NCBI GenBank assembly: GCA_963755915.1
Contig: CAVWLP010000002.1
Coordinates: forward strand, 2,144,001-2,208,000
Length of the DNA stretch: 64,000 nt
Reading direction: 5' to 3'
From: an uncultured Phycisphaerales bacterium
GTDB lineage: Bacteria > Planctomycetota > Phycisphaerae > Tepidisphaerales > Tepidisphaeraceae
Below the pieces are notes generated by a model. The model was given only the letters and a program-made list of their open reading frames with translations, was not told where the DNA came from and searched no databases. A program made the translations under genes and the position numbers. This document shows positions 52,140-61,892 of the stretch, piece by piece. The stretch's first letter is position 1. Every line of letters starts with the position of its first letter.

Positions 52140-52349
52140 TTAATTCGCCCGCACCGCCTCAAATCCATCGCACCCGCTCGCGGGGGTCACCTTGAGATGC
52201 AGCGAGGCGTGCCTGGGATGCGCACAATCATCGACAAACGTCTCCGGCGCCTTACGACTCGTGCGAATCTCGACCAGCTTGGAATCCTTCGAATGCTCTT
52301 CGCCAAAATGAGTGCACAGCCCGCATTGTCCGCTATGAAGTTGCAACAT
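52140..52349 (-). CDS. Small four-Cys protein
   Basis: AAGGAG RBS; QCGLCTHF...DCAH...VTPASGCDGF. Confidence 0.7.
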   Translation of the reverse strand: MLQLHSGQCGLCTHFGEEHSKDSKLVEIRTSRKAPETFVDDCAHPRHASLHLKVTPASGCDGFEAVRAN

Positions 52350-52605
52350 GATTAGCTCCTTGAAAATGCCATCTAGTCCAGTCGAATTATCGAATCCGAA
52401 CCGCCCAAAGTCCACGCGAAAACCGCCGCATTGCAAAGTGAGAATGAGTCGCAATCTGCCTGTAAAGCCGGTATTCACGAGTCGACTGAACTCGTCAAAG
52501 TCCGCCCGCTTCGCTTGAGGACGCGGAGAGCCGTTCGAGAGCGCTCACGGGGAGCAAGCTCGCCGGCTACACGCTGGTGCGCAGATGGGTCAGGATTTTG
52601 TTTTT

Positions 52606-53340
52606 TTAATTCTTCCGGTTCCCCAGAATCCGCAGCAGGAACAGGAACATATTGATGAAATCGAGGTAAAGGACCAGCGCCCCGACGATCGACATTCGTG
52701 CCGCCAGGGCGGAGTTGCCCCCGATGCTCAGGGCCATCTGGCGAAGCCGCTGCGTGTCGTAAGCCGTCAGCCCTGCGAAGATGATCACGCCCGCATAGGA
52801 GACCAGCCAGTAAAGCGCGCTGCTGGCGACGAAGATGTTGATGATGGAGGCCACGATCAGCCCGATCAGGGCCATGAACATAATCTTGCCCAGGCTGGTC
52901 AGATCGGTCTTCGTGACCATCCCATAGACGCTCATCACCGCGAACATCGACGCACAGGCGGCAAATGTGGCGCCGATGCTCGGCAGCGTATAAACCAGGA
53001 AAATGACTGACAGCATCAGCCCGTTGAGGGCTGCGAAGACGAGGAAGAGCAATGTGGCCATCGTGGCGTTGATGGCCCGGATCGCGCTGGAGATCACCAC
53101 GACCAGAACCAACTCGGCGATGAAGATCCCGATGGCCGCGCCGGGGCTCCTGACCGATTGCATCGCCGCCGGGTGCGTGTAGACGAGCCAGCCGACCACC
53201 GCGGTCAGGGCCAGCCCAACGGACATCCACGCGTAGACGGCATTGAAGAATTGGACCATCACGCCTTGGCCGGTGTAGTCCGCTTCGTAGTCCAGGGGCT
53301 GCGATCTGCCGGCCATTGGTTGGGGATTCCACATGCTCAT
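52606..53340 (-). CDS. Bax inhibitor-1/YccA family protein
   Basis: Seven TM helices; AYDTQRL and GALVLYLDFINMF motifs. Confidence 0.92.
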   Translation of the reverse strand: MSMWNPQPMAGRSQPLDYEADYTGQGVMVQFFNAVYAWMSVGLALTAVVGWLVYTHPAAMQSVRSPGAAIGIFIAELVLVVVISSAIRAINATMATLLFLVFAALNGLMLSVIFLVYTLPSIGATFAACASMFAVMSVYGMVTKTDLTSLGKIMFMALIGLIVASIINIFVASSALYWLVSYAGVIIFAGLTAYDTQRLRQMALSIGGNSALAARMSIVGALVLYLDFINMFLFLLRILGNRKN

Positions 53341-53408
53341 AGTTATACGTCTCCTTAATTGGCTTCAGGGGGATTGTATAGCCGGGTTGGCACTGGGGTC
53401 CAGTGAAA

Positions 53409-53482
53409 CGCACCCGGCAGGATTCGAACCTGCGACCGGTGGATTAGAAATCCACTGCTCTATCCATCTGAGCTACGGGTGC
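53409..53482 (-). tRNA. tRNA-Arg(TCT)
   Basis: Reverse complement gcacccgtagctcagatggatagagcagtggattTCTaatccaccggtcgcaggttcgaatcctgccgggtgcg. Confidence 0.95.
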
Positions 53483-53550
53483 TCCGGATGGTTAATTTAC
53501 ATTTGGAGGGCATGAGTTGCGAGTTGCGAGTTGCGAGGGAAGATGGAGGC

Positions 53551-54891
53551 ATGACGATTCTTGGCCTCGACGTCGGCAGCTCTTCGATCAAGGCGGGGAT
53601 CGTGCGCGAGGGTCGGATCATCGGCCGGCTGGCCGTCTCGGGATATTCGACGCGCTTCGACGGAACGAAGGCGGAGGTCGATCCCGAAAAAGTTCTGGCC
53701 GCCATCGCGCGGGCGATTGGGGAATTGGGTGAGCACGCCCGGCGCGTCGATGCCATCGGGCTTTCCGTGATGGGCCCGGCCTGGGTGGCGATGGATTCTT
53801 CGGGCCGGGCGATTACGCCGATCGTCACCCATCAGGATCGGCGGAGCGTGGTCGAGGCGCGGGAGCTTTTAGATCGGGTAGGCGAGAAGACGTTTTTGCA
53901 GATCGCCGGGAATTTGCCGTTTCCGGGGAGCATGACCGTTACGAATTATGCGTGGTACGCGAAGCACGAGCCGGGCGTGATTCGGCGGGCGGATCTGATC
54001 GGGCATCTCAATACCTTTTTGCATCGCCAGTTCACCGGGGCGAGGGTCATCGATCCTTCGAATGCTTCGTTTACCGGGATGTATGAGACAATGAAGTTGG
54101 GCGGATGGAGCAGAGAGATTTGCGACGCGGCGGGGGTGGCGATCTCGAAGTTGCCGGAGATTGTTTCGGCTGATCGGACGCCGGGAAAGGTTACCAAGCG
54201 AGCGGCGGGCCGGTTTGGAATAACGGCGGGAACGCCGGTCTTTACGGGGATGATTGATACCGGGGCGGCACTGATGCTCTGGGGGCCGCGCGAGGGGCAG
54301 CTTATTAATGTGAGCGGGTCGACGGATGTTTTGATGCTTTGCACGACGCGCCCCCGGCCTCATCCGAAACTGCTGACGCGGGCGCTGGGGGTGGGAGATT
54401 TTATGCTGTCGGTTTCTTCAATCGCGGCGGCGGGGTCTTCAATTCATTGGATGAAGGAGGAGTTTTTTCGCGAGATGAGCGAGGGAAAGTTTTATGGGCT
54501 GGTGAGGAAGCTGGCGAGAACAAAGCCGCCCCCTCCCCATCCCTCCCCCGGAGTACCGGGGGCGGGGGAAGGAGCGGTGGTGTTTGAGCCCTATTTGGCG
54601 GGGGATCGGGCGAGCATCGAGCAGAAGCGGGCGGCCTTTCACGGCCTGACGCTCTCCACCACGCGCGAGCAGATGCTCCTGGCGGTGATCGACGCGCTGG
54701 CCAAAGCCAGCGGTGAGCGATTGAAGTTGCTCAAATTCACCGGCGCAAAGATGCGGCGCAAGGTCTTTGTCAGCGGCGGAACGGCGCGGGTGATGGGCGA
54801 GGTGCTGCATCGGGATTGGCCGGGGAAGTGGAAGTTTGAGGCGGAGAGAGAGGCGTCGCTTAGGGGGCTTTCATGCATTGAGCCCGTCTGA
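53551..54891 (+). CDS. FGGY-family carbohydrate kinase
   Basis: ILGLDVGSSSIK, HQDRR, PYLAGDR and SGG motifs. Confidence 0.88.
   Translation: MTILGLDVGSSSIKAGIVREGRIIGRLAVSGYSTRFDGTKAEVDPEKVLAAIARAIGELGEHARRVDAIGLSVMGPAWVAMDSSGRAITPIVTHQDRRSVVEARELLDRVGEKTFLQIAGNLPFPGSMTVTNYAWYAKHEPGVIRRADLIGHLNTFLHRQFTGARVIDPSNASFTGMYETMKLGGWSREICDAAGVAISKLPEIVSADRTPGKVTKRAAGRFGITAGTPVFTGMIDTGAALMLWGPREGQLINVSGSTDVLMLCTTRPRPHPKLLTRALGVGDFMLSVSSIAAAGSSIHWMKEEFFREMSEGKFYGLVRKLARTKPPPPHPSPGVPGAGEGAVVFEPYLAGDRASIEQKRAAFHGLTLSTTREQMLLAVIDALAKASGERLKLLKFTGAKMRRKVFVSGGTARVMGEVLHRDWPGKWKFEAEREASLRGLSCIEPV
54528..54569. repeat. REP-like palindrome, copy 3 (intragenic, in frame)
   Basis: gccccctccccatccctcccccggagtaccgggggcggggga. 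Confidence 0.8.
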
Positions 54892-54923
54892 AGCGAATTT
54901 CGACTTTCGAATTTTCATCCCCC

Positions 54924-55316
54924 CTAGTCTTCCATCATCAACGCCTGGAGCTGGTCCAGCGCCTTGTCGTCCTGGCCCGTTTGTTTGTAGAGATTGAAGA
55001 GGACCAGATGGATTTGCCGCCGTACGGCGGCGTTGTGGGTGTCGTACATGGCCTTGGTGAGCCAGTCGATTTCCACCTGCGGTTCCTTGGTGGCTTTCAG
55101 GAACTCATCCGCCTGGATGACGGCCTGGACGCCGGCCATTTCGGGGTCCTTGGCGATGCCGGCGGCGTGCTCGATGTTCCAGAGGTAGAGGGCCAGCGCC
55201 TGGCCGTGCTCTTCGCCGCCGGGGGGCGGTCCGGGAGTGTAGTCGTCTGCCCTTAGCAGCCCGCTTATTCCCGCGGCGAGGACTGCGGGGGCTAGAATCA
55301 TTGCCAGCTTATTCAT
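54924..55316 (-). CDS. Hypothetical secreted helical protein
   Basis: GGGAGG RBS; signal peptide. Confidence 0.65.
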   Translation of the reverse strand: MNKLAMILAPAVLAAGISGLLRADDYTPGPPPGGEEHGQALALYLWNIEHAAGIAKDPEMAGVQAVIQADEFLKATKEPQVEIDWLTKAMYDTHNAAVRRQIHLVLFNLYKQTGQDDKALDQLQALMMED

Positions 55317-55419
55317 AAGACCTCCCAAAGGTTAGTGAGCGGTTAGACCGATTGTGCATTAGATATCGCGACGATATCCTACCCGGCCCGCAAGGATGTT
55401 CTAGAAAGAAAGACCTACA

Positions 55420-57270
55420 ATGAACCAGGTGCGTAACAATATTCGCAATGTCGCAATCATCGCCCATGTCGATCACGGGAAGACGACGCTGGTGGACGCG
55501 CTGCTGCGCCAGAGCGGCAATTTCAGGGACAGCCAGGTGCAGCAGGATACGCTGCTGGACTCCAATCCGCTGGAGCGGGAGAGGGGAATCACCATTCTGG
55601 CCAAGAACGTGGCGATCAATTACGTCGGGCCGGATGGGCAGACTACGAAGATTAACCTGATTGATACGCCTGGGCACGCCGATTTTGGCGGGGAAGTGGA
55701 GCGGGTTTTGGGGATGGCGGATGGGGTGTTTCTGCTGGTGGACGCGGCCGAGGGGCCGATGCCGCAGACGCGGTTTGTGCTCAAGAAGGCGTTTCAGCAT
55801 GAGCTTCGGCCGATCGTGGTGATCAACAAGATCGACCGGCAGGATGCGCGGGCGCACCAGGTGCTTGATGAAGTGTTTGATCTGTTCGTCGAGCTGGGGG
55901 CGGATGACGAGACGCTCGATTTTCCGGTGCTCTACGCCAGCGGCAGGGCGGGAACGGCTTCGTGGCATCTTGAGCAGCCGGGGAAGGATATCCTGCCGGT
56001 GTTCGAGGCGCTGCTGAAACACGTGCCGGCGCCGCATGGTGATCCGGATAAGTCGCTGCAGATTCAGATCAGCAGCATTCAATATAACGACTATGTCGGC
56101 CGGATCGGCGTGGGGAGAATTTTTAACGGGAAGATCCGCAGCAAGCAGCAGGTGATCGTGGCCCGGCGCGATGGGACGCAGATCAAGACCAAGGCCCAGC
56201 AGGTGCAGGTGTTTGATGGGCTGGGGCGCAAGGATGTCGAGGAGGCGGAGGCGGGGGATATCGTGGCGCTGATCGGGCTGGAATCGGTGGATATCGCGGA
56301 TTCGATTTGCGATCCGATCGATCCGCATCCGCTGGAGGCGACGGAGATCGAGCCGCCGACGCTGACGATGATGTTCAGCGTGAACGATTCGCCGTTTGTG
56401 GGCAAGGAGGGGAAATATGTAACCAGCCGGAATCTGCGCGAGCGTTTGTTCAAGGAGCTGGAGAGCAATGTTGCTCTGAAGGTGGAAGAGACGGCCAATA
56501 AAGACGCGTTCAAGGTTTCCGGCGCGGGCTGCTGCATCTGGGGATATTGATCGAGAACATGCGGCGGGAGGGGTATGAGCTTTCGATCAGCAAGCCGCAC
56601 GTGATTTTGAAGAAGGATGACGCGGGAAACACGCTGGAGCCGATTGAGTATCTGGTCATCGACGTTCCCGAAAAGAGCATGGGCGGCGTGATGGAACTGG
56701 CGGGGAATCGCCGCGGCGAACTGGTGCGAATGGACAACCGCGATGGGCACGTGCACCTGGAATTCACGATTCCCGCGCGGGTTGATCGGATTGCGGACCC
56801 GCATCCTGACGGCCACGCAGGGGCAGGCGATCATGCACCACAATTTCCACGAATATGCGGCCATGCGCGGCGAGGTGCCGGCGCGGAACAATGGGGTGAT
56901 GATTTCCAACGTGGCGGCGAGCGTGAACGCGTATGCGCTCAATACGCTTCAGGAGAGGGGCGTGATGTTTGTCGAGCCGACCGAGCCGGTTTATGAGGGG
57001 CAGGTGGTGGGGGAGCATTGCCGGGAGGACGACATCGTCGTCAATCCGACGAAGGCGAAGAAGCTGTCGAACATGCGGACGACGGGGAGCGATGAGAACA
57101 TTATTCTGAAGCCGGCGCGGAAGATGACGCTGGAGCAGGCGCTGGAATATATCGAGGAGGATGAGCTGGTGGAGGTAACGCCGGGGAGCATTCGGCTAAG
57201 GAAGGACCTGCTGACGGAGAATCTGAGGAAGCGGGCCAATCGGAAGCAGACGGCGACGGTGGAAGCGTAG
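55420..57270 (+). CDS. typA: Translational GTPase TypA/BipA, with two apparent frameshifts (about 56523, 56778)
   Basis: [23 protein letters not shown] and NKID motifs; C-terminal ELVEVTP.SIRLRK. Confidence 0.95.
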
Positions 57271-57344
57271 GATTCGAGGATCCGCCAAGTGAAATCCGAT
57301 GCCGCGCTTCCCCAGCGGCGGGCGACTCGCATATCATCGGGCAC

Positions 57345-58061
57345 ATGCCCCGCCCCCTCATCGGCATCACGATCGACACCCACGACGACGGCGACAAATA
57401 CGAATCGCCGTTTTCGTACGCGAAATCCGTCGAGATCGCCGGCGGATTGCCGCTGCTGATTCCGTATCAGACGGATCTTTCGCTCATTCCACAGATCGTC
57501 GATGCGTTTGACGGGATTCTTTTCAGCGGAGGGAACGATCTGGACCCGGCGGCGTATGGGCAGACGTGGCATCTCATGGCGCAGCGGATCGATCCGGCGC
57601 GGCAGAAATTTGAGATGGCCCTGCTCGCGGAAGTCGAGCGGCGAAGGACGCCGATTCTGGGGATTTGCCTGGGGTCGCAGGTGATGAATGTTTATCGGGG
57701 CGGGAGTCTGCACCAGTTTCTGCCGGATGTCGATCGTGCCGAGGCGCTGGAGCATCGCAAGGTTGGGAAGGATCTGACCCGGCACCAGGTGACGCTCGAT
57801 CCGAATTCAAAAATCGGAAAGGCCATTGGCAAATCGGAGATTTCGGTGAACACGTATCATAAGCAATCGGCCGACCGGCTGGGGCGGGGGCTGCGGGTGA
57901 TCGCGACGGCGCCGGACGGCGTCATCGAGGGATTTGAGGATCCGTCGTTTCCGCTCTTCGCGGCGGTGCAGTGGCATCCGGAGCGGCTGAGCAATGAGCC
58001 GGAGCATCTGGCGCCGTTTAAATTGCTCGTGGAAGCGTCCAGGTCCCCGGGCCAAAAGTAA
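57345..58061 (+). CDS. Peptidase C26 / gamma-glutamyl-GABA hydrolase family
   Basis: SGG.D, LGICLGSQ and AVQWHPE motifs. Confidence 0.9.
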   Translation: MPRPLIGITIDTHDDGDKYESPFSYAKSVEIAGGLPLLIPYQTDLSLIPQIVDAFDGILFSGGNDLDPAAYGQTWHLMAQRIDPARQKFEMALLAEVERRRTPILGICLGSQVMNVYRGGSLHQFLPDVDRAEALEHRKVGKDLTRHQVTLDPNSKIGKAIGKSEISVNTYHKQSADRLGRGLRVIATAPDGVIEGFEDPSFPLFAAVQWHPERLSNEPEHLAPFKLLVEASRSPGQK

Positions 58062-58071
58062 GGGTGAACCC

Positions 58072-59262
58072 ATGAAATCATTTCAATTAGCGGCGGCAGT
58101 GTCGTTTTTTCTGGTGGCCTGCCTGAGCGAAATCGCGTCGGCCGGGCAGGCGGCGCCGCGGCCGGTGGTGACGCTTTCTCCCTCGGCGGACAACTCCGGC
58201 GCGATTCAAGCCGCCTGGCTTGCAGGCAAGGACGTCCTGCTTTCGCCCGGCGTGTATACGATCGAGCACATCATCCGCCGCCCGGCGCACGCGATGCTTC
58301 GTGGCGTAAATCGGCAGGTGGTGATCCTGATGCCGGCGGCGAACCAGGACCTGATCCAGGGAAGCGGTCTGCTGTCCGGCGAGTATCACGACACCGGCTC
58401 GGACAACGACGGAGGGGGGTTCAGCGATTTCACGTTCGATGCCACCGATTTTCCCGGGATCAACCTCTACCACGAGGATGCCGCCGAGCCGGGGCTGGTT
58501 TTCAAAAATCTGCGCATCATCGCGGGTCAGGGAGGGCAATGTAATTCCGTCGGCGCGAAGTGGACGAACATCGAAGTCATTCACGGGTCGCTATATTCCA
58601 ACTCCGACGGCGTGACGTTTTCGGATATTTCCTTTTTCGGGCGGCCCACGGCGCCCACGAACGAGTTTCTGCTGGGCGGCAGCAACGTGACGGTTCAGCA
58701 TGGTTTGTGGAGAAACACGCAGCGCGGGATCGTGATTCGCTGGGCGATGAATAATGCGCTGTTCAAGGACCTGGATTTTGAAGACGTATGCGCCGATCCC
58801 GAGAACGCCAACGAGGTGATTCTTCAAGAGTCGGGCGGCCCACTCACGAATTCGCTGTTCGACACGGTTCAGATCCACGGTTGCCGGGGCCGGCCGCTCG
58901 CGCTGGATGCTGGCGGGGCCACGGGTAACACGTTCATCCGCTTCGACATCGATGGCGGGGAGGGCGTTTCCATCGGTTACAAGAACGACATGGGACAGAA
59001 CGTCACCCGGAACCATTTTACGCAGTTTGAGATGCGCAACGTCGTACACTTCGCCTTCAACGCCGCCTGGGGCAACGTGCTGGATAACTGCGCGATCGTC
59101 AATATCTGCCCGAGCTGGACGAACCAGTTCAATTTCAACCCAAGGTGCTTTCAACGGCAGGCAGCTATCGTCGGCGCCGACCGGAACACGGTTGATTATC
59201 CAAACACAGTGCGCGTCATCGGCCTGCCGGAGGGATGGGTAATCGGCGCGGGCGGACAGTGA
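58072..59262 (+). CDS. Secreted beta-helix (pectin-lyase-like fold) protein
   Basis: Signal peptide; DNSGAIQAA...VLLSPGVY cap; alternating beta repeats. Confidence 0.6.
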   Translation: MKSFQLAAAVSFFLVACLSEIASAGQAAPRPVVTLSPSADNSGAIQAAWLAGKDVLLSPGVYTIEHIIRRPAHAMLRGVNRQVVILMPAANQDLIQGSGLLSGEYHDTGSDNDGGGFSDFTFDATDFPGINLYHEDAAEPGLVFKNLRIIAGQGGQCNSVGAKWTNIEVIHGSLYSNSDGVTFSDISFFGRPTAPTNEFLLGGSNVTVQHGLWRNTQRGIVIRWAMNNALFKDLDFEDVCADPENANEVILQESGGPLTNSLFDTVQIHGCRGRPLALDAGGATGNTFIRFDIDGGEGVSIGYKNDMGQNVTRNHFTQFEMRNVVHFAFNAAWGNVLDNCAIVNICPSWTNQFNFNPRCFQRQAAIVGADRNTVDYPNTVRVIGLPEGWVIGAGGQ

Positions 59263-59280
59263 AACTGACGGGATGAAGGC

Positions 59281-60771
59281 ATGGAGCAATCGGATCTGCG
59301 GGTTCAAGCAACGGGCACGGCATTCGGGATTTTGCCGGTGAGCGGGCGCTCGCCGATCACGGTGATCGGCACGGAGGCGATCCGCGCGGGGTTTGACGCG
59401 AAATGCCTTCAGCAGGCGGTCAATTCCCGGCTGGCGCCGGGGGTGACGGAGCTGGTGCTGAATCCGGATGCGCATGCGGGGTATGGAGCGCCCGTTGGGT
59501 GCGTGATGGTTTCGCCGACGCATATTTATCCGGGGCCGGTGGGCGTGGACATCAAATGTTCGATGAGTTTGCTTCAGACCGATATTCCCGCCGATGCGGT
59601 GGCGGATCGAAAGATTCGCCGGGCGCTGATCGACGCGATTAGCCAGCGGCTTCCCACCGGGGCGGGGCGCGGGCAAAGGTCTGCGCCGAAGAGCCGGAAG
59701 ATCGGGCGCGAGGCGGGGATGAAAATCGTGGCGCAGGGCGCCAGCGAGGAAGTGTGCGAAGCGATCGGCATCCCGGCGGATTGGCCTTCGCGGTGCGAGG
59801 ACAGCCATCACCTGGGCCACGATGGCTCGGGGGATTCGCTGCTGCGCCGTCTGGAGCAGAACCTGCGCGGGCAGCAACTTTCGCTGTTCGATTCGAAGAT
59901 TTCGCAGCTTGGATCGTATGGCGGGGGGAACCATTTCGGAGAATGCGAGATCGTCTCGATTGAGGACGGCGAGGATGCCCGCGCGGTGGCCGAGGTGTTT
60001 GGACTGAAGGACAACTGCGTCGCCTTCCTCTCGCACTGCGGCTCGCGCGGGTTTGGGCATAACCTGGCGATGGGGCAGTTTCGCTCACTTCAAGATCATT
60101 TTTCGAAATGGACGATTCCGCTGCCTGGCAACGACCGCGAGCTGGTTTACGCCCCGCTGGGCACGCCCGAGGCGGATGCCTATCTTGACGACATGGCGCT
60201 GGGGGCGAACTTCGCCACGGTGAATCACATGCTGATCAACGCGCAGGTGCTGGAGGCTTTTCAGGAGGTGTTGCCGGGCACGAAAGGGACGCTGGTTTAT
60301 TTCATCAGCCACAACATCGCGCGGCAGGAGATCGTGGACAATCGTCTTGCATGGGTTCACCGCAAAGGGGCGACGCGCGCTTTTCCGGCACACCACCCCG
60401 GTTTGCGCGGGACGCCGTTCGAATCGACGGGGCATCCGATTCTTCTGCCGGGGAATCCGCGCGAAGGGAGCGTGATTATGGTCGCCGGCGAAGGGGCGGC
60501 GAAGAGCTGCTTTAGCGTCAACCACGGCGCCGGGCGGCGAATGGGCCGGAAAGACGCGATCCGCCGGCTGGATCAGGCGGCGATCGACAGTGAGCTGGAG
60601 GCTCATGATATTTTGAGCAATTGCCGGCAGTATCCGAAGGATGAAGCGCCGGATGCGTATAAGGACTTTTTTGAGGTGGTAAAGTCGGTGGAGCTTGCGG
60701 GGTTGGCGAAGCCGGTGGCACATTTGAAGGCCAGGTTCGTCATAAAGGATGGGGGAGAGGCGGATGATTGA
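59281..60771 (+). CDS. rtcB: RtcB-family RNA ligase
   Basis: PDAH.GYG.PVG, VGVDIKC, GNHF, HCGSRG, HN, HRKGA and HGAGR motifs. Confidence 0.92.
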   Translation: MEQSDLRVQATGTAFGILPVSGRSPITVIGTEAIRAGFDAKCLQQAVNSRLAPGVTELVLNPDAHAGYGAPVGCVMVSPTHIYPGPVGVDIKCSMSLLQTDIPADAVADRKIRRALIDAISQRLPTGAGRGQRSAPKSRKIGREAGMKIVAQGASEEVCEAIGIPADWPSRCEDSHHLGHDGSGDSLLRRLEQNLRGQQLSLFDSKISQLGSYGGGNHFGECEIVSIEDGEDARAVAEVFGLKDNCVAFLSHCGSRGFGHNLAMGQFRSLQDHFSKWTIPLPGNDRELVYAPLGTPEADAYLDDMALGANFATVNHMLINAQVLEAFQEVLPGTKGTLVYFISHNIARQEIVDNRLAWVHRKGATRAFPAHHPGLRGTPFESTGHPILLPGNPREGSVIMVAGEGAAKSCFSVNHGAGRRMGRKDAIRRLDQAAIDSELEAHDILSNCRQYPKDEAPDAYKDFFEVVKSVELAGLAKPVAHLKARFVIKDGGEADD

Positions 60772-60800
60772 AGACGGTGACGGCTGAAAGCGACAGGGCC

Positions 60801-61835
60801 ATGTCCGAGGAGCTGCCGTGCCACGGCTGCGGATATGACCTTCGCGCCCATCCGGAGGAAGGGGTCCGCCCGGAGTGCGGGGCGTCAGTTGCCGAGGCGC
60901 GGCAATGGGCGGCGATTCCGCGTCGCCCGGCCTGGAATGAGAGCGACCCGCGATGGCGGCGGCGGATGCTTGCCGGGGTTTGGGTGCTGGTTCTGATCCC
61001 GCTGATGGATTTGCTCCAGAAGCTCGGATGGGCCTCGCTTGTGCCCGTGCCGACTTTCCTCAATAGCGGCCCCTTCAGCTTGGAGGAAACATTTTTGTGC
61101 AGTATGGGCGTGTATCCACTCATCCTCTTCTGTATTGGGACGGTATTGTTCTTCTCCAAAGAGCGCGGACACCGCCCGAGCCGATTGGATTGGACGCGTC
61201 GCTGGGGAATCATCTGCACTTACGTCGTGGCGCTGCTTAGCACCGCGATAACGCTCTTCATGCCGGCCCTGGTATTGGCGGGCATATCAGCCATCTTCAT
61301 GGCCATGCCGCTGAAATACCAGCCTGGCGTGACGCCATTGTTCGGTGAATTGGGCTGGATATACCTTCGCTACGGACCCCTTCCAAAGGGGATCACATAC
61401 TGCGTGCTGGTTACGTTTTCGTGGATGACGATTCTGCTGGCGTGCGTGCCGCTTTGGGAAGCGCTTTGCAGCAGCGGTTCGAAACGCTTCGCGAAAATTC
61501 TTCTTGCGCCGCTGGCTTTGTTCGCACTGATGAACATCGCCGAGGCCGGCTTGCTCGCAATTGGCTATTTACCATTGTCCCTGGCGGACCCGTTCTTCCG
61601 GCTCGGCCCATATTTCAGACCGGCTGCGCTCGTATGGAACACTGCCGGTTTCCGGTGGGCGCTTGGGTGGATTGTTACACCACAACCCGGACTAAACCTG
61701 ATTGCTGTCGAAGTTATCAAGTGGAGTATCATTTTTGCGATTGCCGTCGGGCTGAGCGTTGCGCAACTGGCGGCCTGGCGGAAAAAACGAACGGCGCGAC
61801 ATGCGAATAATGCCGGCGAAAGCCAAAAATGTTGA
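60801..61835 (+). CDS. Zn-ribbon multi-pass membrane protein, copy 1
   Basis: CHGCGYDLRAHPEEGVRPECG; several TM helices. Confidence 0.75.
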   Translation: MSEELPCHGCGYDLRAHPEEGVRPECGASVAEARQWAAIPRRPAWNESDPRWRRRMLAGVWVLVLIPLMDLLQKLGWASLVPVPTFLNSGPFSLEETFLCSMGVYPLILFCIGTVLFFSKERGHRPSRLDWTRRWGIICTYVVALLSTAITLFMPALVLAGISAIFMAMPLKYQPGVTPLFGELGWIYLRYGPLPKGITYCVLVTFSWMTILLACVPLWEALCSSGSKRFAKILLAPLALFALMNIAEAGLLAIGYLPLSLADPFFRLGPYFRPAALVWNTAGFRWALGWIVTPQPGLNLIAVEVIKWSIIFAIAVGLSVAQLAAWRKKRTARHANNAGESQKC

Positions 61836-61892
61836 AGATCGATCCAAGAACCTTTACCCGGTTTCGCCTTGAAGGCTGACGCTGACAGCGCC

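Noticed and set aside
53514-53537. (gagttgc)x3 heptamer tandem repeat
   Set aside because: Short intergenic microsatellite with no evidence of function
58591-60060. Long antisense ORFs (also 24300-25388, 35049-36404, 55309-56328)
   Set aside because: Shadow frames of well-supported genes in high-GC DNA, with no motifs
36093-60771. Macrodomain plus RtcB as an RNA-repair or defence system
   Set aside because: They are 23 kb apart in unrelated gene contexts
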